From: Acidimicrobiia bacterium
GTDB taxonomy: Bacteria; Actinomycetota; Acidimicrobiia; IMCC26256; DASPTH01
DNA length: 62,273 nt
NCBI GenBank assembly: GCA_040510575.1
Contig: JBEVIU010000102.1
Location: 1 to 62,273, forward strand
Direction: 5' to 3'
Shown here one piece after another: positions 1 through 8,506 of the stretch. The notes under the pieces were generated by a model that did no database searches, had not been told where the DNA came from, and saw nothing but the letters and a program-made list of their open reading frames with translations. Made by a program: the position numbers and the translations under genes. The number at the start of each line of letters is the position of its first letter. Position 1 is the first letter of the stretch.

Positions 1-2
1 GT

Positions 3-149
3 CTCGTCACCGAACTGCGTCGCGATGTGGAGCACCACGTCAAGAGCGAGGAATCGGACCTGTTCCCGAAGATGCGCGAGGCCGGGGTCGATGCCGAGCG
101 GCTCGGAGCAGACATCGAGGCCGCTCGCGCCACGTCGGCAAGCAGCTGA
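3..149 (+). CDS. hemerythrin/HHE cation-binding domain protein, C-terminal fragment (5' end outside window)
   Basis: The frame is open from the window edge to TGA at 147-149. The translation ..LRRDVEHHVKSEESDLFPKMREAG.. parallels the HHVKEEETEVFPHLKK segment of the complete paralog at 3696-4154. Confidence 0.6.
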   Translation, partial: LVTELRRDVEHHVKSEESDLFPKMREAGVDAERLGADIEAARATSASS

Positions 150-170
150 CCAGACGGGCCATCATCCGTC

Positions 171-512
171 GTGGATCAGGAGGCACGGGACTACATCGAC
201 GCCATAGCGCCCGAACGTCGGCCATTGTTCGATCGCCTCGATGGATTGATCCGTGAGACGTACCCCGACGCAGATCTGACGTGGTCCTACAAGATGCCGA
301 CGTACGTGGTGGGCGCTCGACGTATCCACCTGGCCGCGTGGAAGCACGGAATTTCGATCTATGGCTGGCAGGCAGATCGTGACGCCGGCTTCACGCAGCG
401 GCACCCGGAGCTCGTGACCGGGAAGGGCACCCTCCAGCTTCGGGTCGATGCCGCGGACGCGATCCCCGATGCCGAGCTGCTGGCGTTCTTCGGCGCCGCA
501 CTTGGCGACTGA
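171..512 (+). CDS. DUF1801 (YdhG-like) domain protein
   Basis: 113-aa ORF with a GTG start and high GC3. The sequence pattern ..RPLFDRLDGLIRETYPDADLTWSYKMPTY..HLAAWKHGISIY.. is typical of the YdhG/DUF1801 family. Confidence 0.75.
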   Translation: MDQEARDYIDAIAPERRPLFDRLDGLIRETYPDADLTWSYKMPTYVVGARRIHLAAWKHGISIYGWQADRDAGFTQRHPELVTGKGTLQLRVDAADAIPDAELLAFFGAALGD

Positions 513-587
513 GGGAACTGGGTACAACCCCATTTCGATCGGTTCGCGCGGCTCCGCGGAGCCGCCCACCGGCGCAAGGAGTAGCTC

Positions 588-1331
588 ATGACCCTGCCGA
601 AGATCGCCTCGCGCGAGGAGTGGCTCGCCGCTCGCAAGGACCTGCTCGACCGTGAGAAGGAGCTCACCCACCGGCGCGACGCGCTGAACGCCGACCGGCG
701 CAACCTGCCGATGGTCGAGATCACGAAGGACTATGAGTTCGAGGGGCCGAAGGGCCCGGCGCGCCTGCTCGACCTGTTCGAGGATCGTCGACAGCTGATC
801 GTGTACCACTTCATGTTCGACCCGGAGTGGGACGACGGGTGCCCGAGCTGCACCGCCGGCACCCAGGAGCTCTCGCCTGGCTTCTTCGAGCACCTCCACA
901 CCCGCGACACGAGCTACGCGATGGTGTCGCGTGCGCCGCTCGAGAAGCTCGAACGCTGGAAGGAGAAGCAGGGCTGGGACATCCCCTGGTACTCGTCGTT
1001 CGGTTCTGACTTCAACTACGACTTCGGCGTCACGATCGACGAGTCGGTGCAGCCCGCCGAATACAACTTCCGCACCAAGGCCGAGTTCGAAGCGATGGGC
1101 TCCGACTTCTTCGACGCCGACCAGCCCTTCGAGATGCCCGGCCGCAGCTGCTTCCTCGCGGTCGACGGCCGCGTGTTCCACACCTATTCGCAGTACGCAC
1201 GCGGGCTCGAGTCGACCGGCGGCTCGTACTACTTCCTCGACCTCACCGCGCTCGGGCGTCAAGAGGAGTGGGAAGAGCCGAAGGGGCGCAGCGACGACGC
1301 CCGCGCCGCGCAACCCGACTTCGCCTCGTGA
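588..1331 (+). CDS. DUF899 thioredoxin-like family protein
   Basis: 247-aa ORF preceded by AAGGAG. The N-terminus REEWLAARKDLLDREKELTHRRDAL and the YHFMFDPEWDDGCPSC motif are characteristic of DUF899. Confidence 0.85.
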   Translation: MTLPKIASREEWLAARKDLLDREKELTHRRDALNADRRNLPMVEITKDYEFEGPKGPARLLDLFEDRRQLIVYHFMFDPEWDDGCPSCTAGTQELSPGFFEHLHTRDTSYAMVSRAPLEKLERWKEKQGWDIPWYSSFGSDFNYDFGVTIDESVQPAEYNFRTKAEFEAMGSDFFDADQPFEMPGRSCFLAVDGRVFHTYSQYARGLESTGGSYYFLDLTALGRQEEWEEPKGRSDDARAAQPDFAS

Positions 1332-1344
1332 GCGGGAGATCACG

Positions 1345-1965
1345 GTGAGCGACGCGAGCACGAAGACGACGAAGGTGGTCGCCGAGATCACGATGTCGCT
1401 CGACGGCTTCGTGACCGGACCGGATCCCGATCTCGAGCACGGTCTCGGCCACGGCGGCGAGCCACTGCACGAGTGGGTCTTCAGTGATGACCCCGTGGAT
1501 GCCGAGGTGCTGCGCGACTCCACCGCGTCGAGCGGCGCGGTGCTGATGGGTCGGCGGTTGTTCGACATCATCGACGGCCCGAACGGCTGGAACGACGAGA
1601 TGGGCTACGGCGCCGGGCATGCCGCGCACCCGCCGTTCTTCGTCGTGACGCACACCGCGCCCGAGCGCGTGCGGCTCGACCTCGACTTCACCTTCGTGAC
1701 CGACGGCATGGCCGCCGCGATCGAGCGCGCCCGTGCGGCGGCGGGAGACGGGGACGTCGTCGTGATGGGCGGCGGCGATGTGGTCCGACAGTGCGTCGAC
1801 GACGGCCTGGTCGACGAGCTGCGCATCCACCTCGCCCCGATCATCCTCGGGGCGGGGACCCCGCTCTTCGGCGCGGGCGACATACAGCAGCTGGTGCAGC
1901 GCTCGGTGCGCGTGTCGTCCCACGCGACCCACCTCACGTACGTGCTGGACGAACCGTCCTCGTAG
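1345..1965 (+). CDS. dihydrofolate reductase family protein (RibD C-terminal domain-like)
   Basis: GTG at 1345 is in frame with ORF 931-1965. The segments KVVAEITMSLDGFVTGPD..LMGRRLFD..VVVMGGGDVVRQCVDDGLVDELRIHLAPIILGAGTPLF fit the RibD_C/DHFR-like fold. Confidence 0.8.
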   Translation: MSDASTKTTKVVAEITMSLDGFVTGPDPDLEHGLGHGGEPLHEWVFSDDPVDAEVLRDSTASSGAVLMGRRLFDIIDGPNGWNDEMGYGAGHAAHPPFFVVTHTAPERVRLDLDFTFVTDGMAAAIERARAAAGDGDVVVMGGGDVVRQCVDDGLVDELRIHLAPIILGAGTPLFGAGDIQQLVQRSVRVSSHATHLTYVLDEPSS

Positions 1966-2026
1966 CGCGTCAGGCTCACCGCAAGCGATGCGGTCACGTT
2001 GACGCCTTTGGGCAGGGACGACCACG

Positions 2027-2665
2027 ATGGTGCTCCGCGAGCCTGGAGGCAGCCACGTGGACACGACGACCGTTCCGCACGATCACCGTCCGTCGCACAG
2101 CGTTGCGATGGACGACCGAGGCCGGGTCACGATCCCGAAGGCGGGCGCCAACGTTGCCGCGGTCCTGCGCATCCTGCTCGGACTCGTCTACCTGTGGGCT
2201 TTCCTCGCGCAGGGGTTCGGCATCGGCTACACGAACTCCGAGACCGACGCGAACGGCAACGTGGAGTACGGGTGGCACTTCGACCACGACGCCGACAACG
2301 GTTGGATCACGTCGGGGTTCGAGCACTCACCGACCGCGGGCTACGTCGACAACGCGCACGGGCCGACCGCGTTCATCGTGCAGGAGTTGCCCACCGGCGT
2401 CGACGACTTCGGCTGGATGTTCGCCATCGGCGGGCTCGGCATCGCGCTCTCGTTCGGCATCTTCATGGGGATCGCCGGTTGGGGAGGGTTCTTGCTGAAC
2501 ATCCTCATCTGGTTCGCCGGCTTCCCGCCGACCACCAACCCGTTGATCGACGGCCAGCACATGGCGTTCGCGTTCGCGATCCTCCTGCTCATGTACCTAC
2601 AGGCCGGCAACCGATGGGGTCTCGGACGTTGGTGGCGCGCCCACACGCCGGCGCTGTTCCACTGA
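2027..2665 (+). CDS. DoxX-like integral membrane protein
   Basis: 212-aa ORF with an alternative ATG at 2108. It has four hydrophobic spans, and LRILLGLVYLWAFL plus the C-terminal ..QHMAFAFAILLLMYLQAGNRWGLGRWW resemble the DoxX/DoxD family. Confidence 0.65.
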   Translation: MVLREPGGSHVDTTTVPHDHRPSHSVAMDDRGRVTIPKAGANVAAVLRILLGLVYLWAFLAQGFGIGYTNSETDANGNVEYGWHFDHDADNGWITSGFEHSPTAGYVDNAHGPTAFIVQELPTGVDDFGWMFAIGGLGIALSFGIFMGIAGWGGFLLNILIWFAGFPPTTNPLIDGQHMAFAFAILLLMYLQAGNRWGLGRWWRAHTPALFH

Positions 2666-2686
2666 GCGAGCTGAGGGAGGTCGGGG

Positions 2687-3172
2687 TTACGGACGGCGCG
2701 CGGTGATCCGGGCGACGAGCCGGTCGACCTGCTCCTGCTGCGGCGTGGAGTCGGCCCCCGCGCCGGCACGATGTTTGCGCACGTGCACCGCGGCCTGCTC
2801 GTGTGGCATCCCGAGCTCGACGAGCACCAGGATCGAGAGGATCCCTGTGCGGCCCATGCCGGCCCCGCAGTGCAGGATCAGCGTGTGGTCGGTGAGGAGC
2901 AGCCCGGTGAGCTGGTCGACGGTGTTGAGCATCTCGTCGTCGTCGACCACGTTCCAGTCGGGGATCGGGTGGCGCCGGCAGCGGCCGGGATTCGCCTCCA
3001 GCCACGGTTCGAACTCCGGATAGCGGTAGTGCATCTCCTCGGGCAACACCAACGACACGAGCAGGTCCGCGTCGGCGGCGGAGAGCGCACGCTCCGGGTC
3101 GAGTCCGACATCGGTGAACGACGCGCACCACAGCCCGCCCGGCGCGAGCCCTTCAAGGGGGATCTGGTCCAT
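2687..3172 (-). CDS. protein-tyrosine/dual-specificity phosphatase
   Basis: The ATG at 3172 is in frame with the ORF ending at 2687. It carries a canonical C(X)5R P-loop, HCGAGMGRTG. Confidence 0.8.
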   Translation of the reverse strand: MDQIPLEGLAPGGLWCASFTDVGLDPERALSAADADLLVSLVLPEEMHYRYPEFEPWLEANPGRCRRHPIPDWNVVDDDEMLNTVDQLTGLLLTDHTLILHCGAGMGRTGILSILVLVELGMPHEQAAVHVRKHRAGAGADSTPQQEQVDRLVARITARRP

Positions 3173-3195
3173 CCCGTCAGCGTGACAGGTCGGAG

Positions 3196-3510
3196 CTACG
3201 ACTCGGGAGTCATCTGACGCGGGACGTCGTCGAGCTGGTGAACGGTGCCCGCCACCGCGCGGACCTCGACCGCCTCGACGACCACGAACTCGTTCACCTG
3301 CCGACCGGCTGGCATCTGTGCCGCCATGGCCTGCGCGTCGTCTTCCGTCTCGAAGATGAGGATCTCCATCCCCTTGCCGTCGACCGGGGCGAACCAATGA
3401 CCTGAGACGAAGCCGGCGATGTCGGTGACCGTCGGGAGCACGTCGTCGTGCAACACCCGCCGGGCCTTCTCGTAGTCGCTGATGGACACGGTTGCCATGA
3501 CTGCATACAT
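3196..3510 (-). CDS. hypothetical small protein (dimeric alpha+beta barrel/ABM-like)
   Basis: The internal ATG at 3510 gives 104 aa with high GC3. The longer upstream part of the ORF has poor coding character. No diagnostic motif was found. Confidence 0.5.
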   Translation of the reverse strand: MYAVMATVSISDYEKARRVLHDDVLPTVTDIAGFVSGHWFAPVDGKGMEILIFETEDDAQAMAAQMPAGRQVNEFVVVEAVEVRAVAGTVHQLDDVPRQMTPES

Positions 3511-3695
3511 TTCGCACCTCCGGTCGCGGAGACGATCCTGTCCGAGCGTGTCCGTTGCATTGACTGCCGTCAAGCCGCTGCCGCGCACGTACCACTTCCG
3601 TGAATCGGCGCGTTCGTCCCGCGAGTTTGTCGTCGCGCGGAAGGAGGTACAGACGAGGTCCACAGCGGCACCTGGTCGCGGACGAAGGAGCAGCC

Positions 3696-4154
3696 GTGAA
3701 CGATCCGATTGCAATCTTGAAGCGGGATCACCGAGAGGTCGCCGCGATGCTGAAGACGCTCGCGGCGAGCAAGCCTGGGCCGCGCCGCAAGGCGACCGTC
3801 GAGAAGCTGACCGACAGCCTGCGCCTGCACATGAAGATCGAGGAGCAGCGCATCTATCCGTTGGTCGCGGCCCGCGTGGGCAAAGAGGACGCGGAAGAAG
3901 CGAACATCGAGCACGGGCTTGCCCGCGACGGGATCGACCAGATCAACCGGCTCGTCGACAAGCCCGGCTTCGGTGCAGCGGTCGCGATGCTCACTGCCGG
4001 CATCCGTCACCACGTGAAGGAAGAGGAGACCGAGGTCTTCCCTCACCTGAAGAAGAAGCTCGACCGCGAGACCCTGGCCGAGGTCGGCGACGAGGTCGCG
4101 AGCGACAAGAAGGCGGCTCGCAGCCCGGCCCGCCGCGCGAGGTCAGCCGCCTAG
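3696..4154 (+). CDS. hemerythrin HHE cation-binding domain protein
   Basis: GTG at 3696 is preceded by GAAGGAG. The translation NDPIAILKRDHREVAAMLK..RIYPLV..EHGLA..IRHHVKEEETEVFPHL carries the His/Glu ligand pattern of hemerythrin-like domains. Confidence 0.8.
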   Translation: MNDPIAILKRDHREVAAMLKTLAASKPGPRRKATVEKLTDSLRLHMKIEEQRIYPLVAARVGKEDAEEANIEHGLARDGIDQINRLVDKPGFGAAVAMLTAGIRHHVKEEETEVFPHLKKKLDRETLAEVGDEVASDKKAARSPARRARSAA

Positions 4155-4179
4155 CTCAACCGAAGGGAACGCATCGCGG

Positions 4180-5121
4180 CTACCCGGTGAACCGCGGAGC
4201 GATGTGAATGGGCTCAGCCGGCGCGGACGGCGCGGGAATGGGCGCGGGGATGAAGGGGGCGTCGAACAGGACGCGCACGATGCCGAGTGCGTAGCCGGCC
4301 GGCCTGAAGTTCGCCGCCGCGGGGCCGGCGCTCGATCCGGCGCCTCCGCCTCCGCCGGGCAGGGCCGCGTCGTGACTGGGATCCTCGCTGCCCGCGCCCC
4401 CGCCGCCGCCGTACAGACCGCCACCGGCGCCACCACCGCCGTACGTCCCGGACCCGCCTGCGCCACCGTTCGCCACGGAGCCCGCCTGACCCTGGCAACC
4501 GACACCCGCGCACACGCCGCCGGCACCGCCGGCCGTAGTGGTGCCGCCCTTGCCGTTCGGTGCGAACGAGAACGGGAGGCCGTCGGGATACTCGAAGCTG
4601 CCGCCGAACCCACCCGAGACGAGGCTGGGACCACCGCTGCCGCCGCCACCGCCCGCGATCAGCACGCGATCGGCGAGCGATGTGCCCCCGCGACGGATGT
4701 CGGAGGCTCCGCCGCCACCGCCGCCCGAGTTGATCGTTCCCGTCCCGCCCGGCGCGCCGCCGTTCCATCCGCCCGCACCGCCGCCGCTGCTCGACGCGTT
4801 CGAACCCGCGCAACCGACGTACACCTGGAACGTCTCTCCGGGGGTGACGACGAACGTCGCGGTCGCCGTGGCGCCGTATCCGCCGCCGAGGCTCGAGCCG
4901 AGCGACGCCGAGCTCGCGCCTCCGTACGCGCCGGAGATGTCGAACGTCACGCTCGTGACGCCCGCCGGAACCGTCCAGCTCTGCGGCGCCTCGGTGCAGA
5001 CGAATTCGAGGATCGTCGGCACGGTGGGCACCGTCGAGACCGGGTCGGCGTGGACCGGGGACGCGCCCGCCATGCCCACGGCGCCCACCGCGACCAATAC
5101 CGCCGGCAGGAGCCTGCGCAT
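4180..5121 (-). CDS. secreted glycine-rich domain protein (ALK/LTK GlyR-like)
   Basis: Signal peptide MRRLLPAVLVAVGAVGMAGASPVHA. This is followed by WTVPAGVTSVTFDISGAYGG..VTPGETFQVYVGCAGS..GGGGGGASDIRRGG..RVLIAGGGGGSG. The ATG shares 1 nt with the stop of the upstream hydrolase gene. Confidence 0.8.
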   Translation of the reverse strand: MRRLLPAVLVAVGAVGMAGASPVHADPVSTVPTVPTILEFVCTEAPQSWTVPAGVTSVTFDISGAYGGASSASLGSSLGGGYGATATATFVVTPGETFQVYVGCAGSNASSSGGGAGGWNGGAPGGTGTINSGGGGGGASDIRRGGTSLADRVLIAGGGGGSGGPSLVSGGFGGSFEYPDGLPFSFAPNGKGGTTTAGGAGGVCAGVGCQGQAGSVANGGAGGSGTYGGGGAGGGLYGGGGGAGSEDPSHDAALPGGGGGAGSSAGPAAANFRPAGYALGIVRVLFDAPFIPAPIPAPSAPAEPIHIAPRFTG

Positions 5122-6020
5122 CACGACGCGAGGAACTCGTCGACCATGCCGACGAAGGTGTCGAGCTGGTCGTGCTGCACCCAGTGGCCGGCCTTCTCGA
5201 CGACCTCGACCCGCGCGTCGGCGAACCCGCTCGCGTAGTCCTCTTGCTCGATGTGGCCCTGCTGCCAGCTCTCCGCGCCGTACACGAGGAGAACCGGACA
5301 GGCGATGTTGCGCCACACCTCTCGGGTCTCCTCAGGGCTGAGGTCGAGCCCCAATCCGGAGTGCACGTAGTTGTCGAACTTCCAGCTGTACGTGCCGTCC
5401 TCGTTCTGGTTGGCGCCGTGGATGGTGAGGTGGCGAGCCTGCTCCGGCGAGAGATGCGGGTTGGCTTCCTGCATGCGTGCGTAGGCGTCGTCGAGCGACT
5501 GGTAGCGGCGGGGGATTCTCCCCGCCACCGCGCGCCCCGACTCGATCGACTGCCGGGTCCGTTCGACTGGACCGCCGCGGAAGGCCAACATCGACAACGG
5601 CGGACCAGTGCCCTCCACCACTGCGATCTTCTCGACGTGTTCGGGGAACACACCGGCGTAGCGCAGTGCCACCATGCCGCCGAGCGAGTGGGCGACGATC
5701 CGCAACGGTGTGAGTTGCTGCTGGTGGATCAGCTGTGCGATGTCGTAGACGTACTCCGGCACGCTGTAGCTCGCCGCCGCGCTCCACTGCGAGTCGCCGT
5801 GGCCACGCAGGTCGACGGCGATGATGTGGTACTGGCTCCGCAGGCGCTCGGCCACCCAGTCCCAGTTGTGGGCGTGGTCGCGATTGCCGTGCACGAGCAG
5901 GAGCGGGGGCGCCTCGGCGTTGCCCCAATCGAGATAGTGCAGCCGCAACCGCTGCGAGAAGTACGTGTGCGACGTCGGGCCGGCCGGCCCGGTCGAGAAC
6001 TCGGTGCGCCCGTCCGACAT
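5121..6020 (-). CDS. alpha/beta hydrolase
   Basis: 299 aa from the ATG at 6020. It has the oxyanion region LLLVHGNRDH, the nucleophile elbow AHSLGG and a C-terminal catalytic His region (KAGHWVQHD). Confidence 0.9.
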   Translation of the reverse strand: MSDGRTEFSTGPAGPTSHTYFSQRLRLHYLDWGNAEAPPLLLVHGNRDHAHNWDWVAERLRSQYHIIAVDLRGHGDSQWSAAASYSVPEYVYDIAQLIHQQQLTPLRIVAHSLGGMVALRYAGVFPEHVEKIAVVEGTGPPLSMLAFRGGPVERTRQSIESGRAVAGRIPRRYQSLDDAYARMQEANPHLSPEQARHLTIHGANQNEDGTYSWKFDNYVHSGLGLDLSPEETREVWRNIACPVLLVYGAESWQQGHIEQEDYASGFADARVEVVEKAGHWVQHDQLDTFVGMVDEFLAS

Positions 6021-6031
6021 GCGAGCGGATC

Positions 6032-7516
6032 CTAGGAGGGGAGCGATGGGGCAGGTGCAGCGTGCGCGGCGACCTCGTGGAGCATCGAGCCGAACACGAC
6101 ACCGTGGAACGGCCACACGCTCCACCAGTAGAGGTGCCCGCTGAGCCCGTGCGGGACGAAGAGCGCGCGTTGATGGAGCACGGTGCGATCGCGAGCGTCC
6201 GCGGTGTCGAGACGCTCGAGTCGGAACTCGAGCCACGCCTCGCCGGGCAGCCGCATCTCGGCGCGGAGTCGGAGGAGCGATCCGCGCTCGAGTGCCTCGA
6301 CCCGCCAGAAGTCGAGGGGCTCGCCGACCGCGAGGAGATCAGGATGGCGACGCCCTCGGCGCAGCCCGACGCCCCCGACCAGGCGGTCGAGGAGACCGCG
6401 CACGGCCCACGCGAGTGGGAACGAATACCACCCTCGGTCTCCACCGATGCCCTCGACGACCCTCCACACGACGTCGACCGGGGCGTCGACCGTGGTCTCG
6501 CGCTCGTCGCGGTACACGCTGCCACCGGCCCAGTCGGGGTCGGTCGGCATCGGATCGCTCGGCGCGCCGGGCCAATCGGCTCCCGACCACCGCGTCGCCA
6601 CATCGATGTCGCTGATCTTCTGCAGTGCCTTCTCGACTGCTTCGTCGAACCCGAGCGGCCGGATCGGCACGTACTGATCGATGTCGTGCTCGCGCGCGAC
6701 CACGGAGTTGCGGACCGACTCGATCAACGGTTGCGCGATCGCCTTCGGCACGGGCGTGACCACGTTCACCCACTGACTCGAGAGCCAGGGTGACAGCACC
6801 GGCACCGCGATGATCACGCGCCGGGGCAGGCCGGCGACGCGTGCGTAGCGCTGCATCATCTCTTCGTACGTGACGACATCCGGGCCTCCGATGTCGAAGC
6901 GCCGATTCGTGTCGGGCGGGAGCGCGAGGACACCGACGAGATACGACAGCACGTCGCGCACCGCGATCGGCTGCACGCGGGATCGCACCCACTTCGGTGT
7001 GACCATCACCGGGAGACGTTCGGTGAGGTAGCGCAACATCTCGAACGACGCGCTCCCGCTCCCGATGATCACGCCGGCCTGGAGCACGACCGTGGGCACC
7101 GGGGAGTCGAGCAGGATCTGCCCGACTTCGGCGCGCGACGCGAGGTGCGGTGACGTGTGCTCGTCGACGGGAACGAGGCCACCGAGGTATACGATCCGCT
7201 GCACCCCAGCGGTCGCGGCGGCGGCGGCCACGTTGCCCGCGGCACGGCGGTCGGATTCGACGAACTCGGCGCCGGTGCCGATCGAATGCACGAGGTAGTA
7301 GACGACCTCGATGCCCTGCATCGCCGGACCGAGGTCGTCGGGGTCGAGCACGTCGCCGCGCACGACCTCCACCTGGGAGGCCCACGGCACGCCGGCGAGC
7401 TTCTCGGGGCGTCGGGACAGGCACCGCACCGCGTGCCCCTCGGCGAGGAGCTGGGGCACGAGTCGTCCGCCGATGTAGCCGGTTGCCCCCGTGACGAGGA
7501 TGGTCACCGGGTGCAC
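6032..7516 (-). CDS. NAD(P)H-binding SDR-family protein with C-terminal DUF2867 domain
   Basis: 494 aa with an N-terminal Rossmann motif VTGATGYIGGRL. The C-terminal ..GDRGWYSFPLAWAVRGLLDRLVGGVGLRRGRR.. is typical of DUF2867. Confidence 0.85.
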   Translation of the reverse strand: MHPVTILVTGATGYIGGRLVPQLLAEGHAVRCLSRRPEKLAGVPWASQVEVVRGDVLDPDDLGPAMQGIEVVYYLVHSIGTGAEFVESDRRAAGNVAAAAATAGVQRIVYLGGLVPVDEHTSPHLASRAEVGQILLDSPVPTVVLQAGVIIGSGSASFEMLRYLTERLPVMVTPKWVRSRVQPIAVRDVLSYLVGVLALPPDTNRRFDIGGPDVVTYEEMMQRYARVAGLPRRVIIAVPVLSPWLSSQWVNVVTPVPKAIAQPLIESVRNSVVAREHDIDQYVPIRPLGFDEAVEKALQKISDIDVATRWSGADWPGAPSDPMPTDPDWAGGSVYRDERETTVDAPVDVVWRVVEGIGGDRGWYSFPLAWAVRGLLDRLVGGVGLRRGRRHPDLLAVGEPLDFWRVEALERGSLLRLRAEMRLPGEAWLEFRLERLDTADARDRTVLHQRALFVPHGLSGHLYWWSVWPFHGVVFGSMLHEVAAHAAPAPSLPS

Positions 7517-7551
7517 GCTATGACCACGACGGAGAGCGTGGCAGAGGGATC

Positions 7552-8199
7552 ATGATGCGAAGGTTCCGCGATCGGCGCGTGGCAGGTGTGTTGCTCGGGG
7601 CGGCGCTCGGTCATCTTCAGAGCGACGATCCGGTGGTGCTCGCGCTCCCACGTGGAGGTGTGCCCGTCGGGTTCGAGGTCGCGCGGGCGTTGGCCGCGCC
7701 GCTCGACGTCGTGGTCGTGCGCAAGCTCGGTGTGCCCTTCCAACGCGAGCTCGGGATGGGCGCGATCGGCGAGGGTGGCGTGCGGGTGCTGGATCCGTCG
7801 ATCGTGCGCGCGGCTCGCGTGACGCCCGCCGATCTCGAACGGATCGAAGTACGCGAGCGAGCGGAGTTGGAGCGGCGGGTGAACCTGTACCGCGGCGCAC
7901 GACCCATGGTCGCGATCGAGGGACGGACTGCGATCGTCGTCGACGACGGAATCGCGACCGGCGGCACCGCGCGCGCCGCGCTGCAGGTGGTTCGGGCGTC
8001 GGGCGCCGGGAGCGTCGTCCTCGCGGTGCCGGTGGCCGCGCCTGAATCGGTTCGTGAGCTCGGCGAGTTCGCCGACGAGGTGGTCGCGCTCGCGACGCCG
8101 TCGCCGATGGTCGCGATCGGGCCGTGGTACCGGCACTTCGACCAGACGACCGACGACGAGGTCAGGACGTTGCTCGCCGCTGCGAACCGCCCGGACTGA
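7552..8199 (+). CDS. phosphoribosyltransferase family protein
   Basis: 215 aa with the PRPP-binding loop IVVDDGIATGGT. The overall layout matches type I PRTase-like proteins. Confidence 0.85.
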   Translation: MMRRFRDRRVAGVLLGAALGHLQSDDPVVLALPRGGVPVGFEVARALAAPLDVVVVRKLGVPFQRELGMGAIGEGGVRVLDPSIVRAARVTPADLERIEVRERAELERRVNLYRGARPMVAIEGRTAIVVDDGIATGGTARAALQVVRASGAGSVVLAVPVAAPESVRELGEFADEVVALATPSPMVAIGPWYRHFDQTTDDEVRTLLAAANRPD

Positions 8200-8224
8200 G
8201 CTGGCGATTCAGGGTCGGCGCGTT

Positions 8225-8341
8225 TCAGGGATGGATGCGCGAGCTGTTGTCCTGCTTCTTCTGGTTCTTGTCGGCGCGCTTCTCCTTCAGCGACTTGGAG
8301 GGTTTCTTCGCATCGTTCTTCTTCGGTGACTTGTCACCCAT
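8225..8341 (-). CDS. small lysine-rich protein (38 aa), hypothetical
   Basis: MGDKSPKKNDAKKPSKSLKEKRADKNQKKQDNSSRIHP. The SD-like GAGGA lies 7 nt upstream of the ATG (..CGAGGATCGATCATG). The ORF is a locally AT-rich patch in a GC-rich genome. Confidence 0.4.
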   Translation of the reverse strand: MGDKSPKKNDAKKPSKSLKEKRADKNQKKQDNSSRIHP

Positions 8342-8506
8342 GATCGATCCTCGGGTTCCCGTGTGGAGGCGTCGAGATGCTCGTCCCTCGACCGTACCCC
8401 GAAAAGCCGATCGGAAATTGCGGAATGGCACCGTGTTCACGCAACGTTGCCACCGTGGAGCACTCGGCCCAGCTCGTGATGCCCACCGTTGTGATGGAGG
8501 ACACCC

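Noticed and set aside
548-565. 18-bp perfect palindrome GCGGCTCCGCGGAGCCGC between the DUF1801 and DUF899 genes
   Set aside because: It could be a terminator-like hairpin or an operator. It lacks a U-tract and has no supporting context, so it is too ambiguous to call.
162-1571. 469-aa minus-strand ORF, and many similar long ORFs in the track (e.g. 4214-5653, 5332-6603, 9928-11397, 36301-38628, 39732-40886, 40834-42522, 54675-56294 upstream part)
   Set aside because: They lie antisense to, or out of frame with, genes that carry clear family motifs. Their translations are Arg/Pro/Gly/Ala-rich, which is typical of spurious open frames in ~70% GC DNA.
4300-4800. GGC/GCC-rich periodic repeats that could be mistaken for a repeat array or CRISPR
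   Set aside because: They are the coding sequence of the glycine-rich protein. There are no spacer-repeat structures with constant repeat length.
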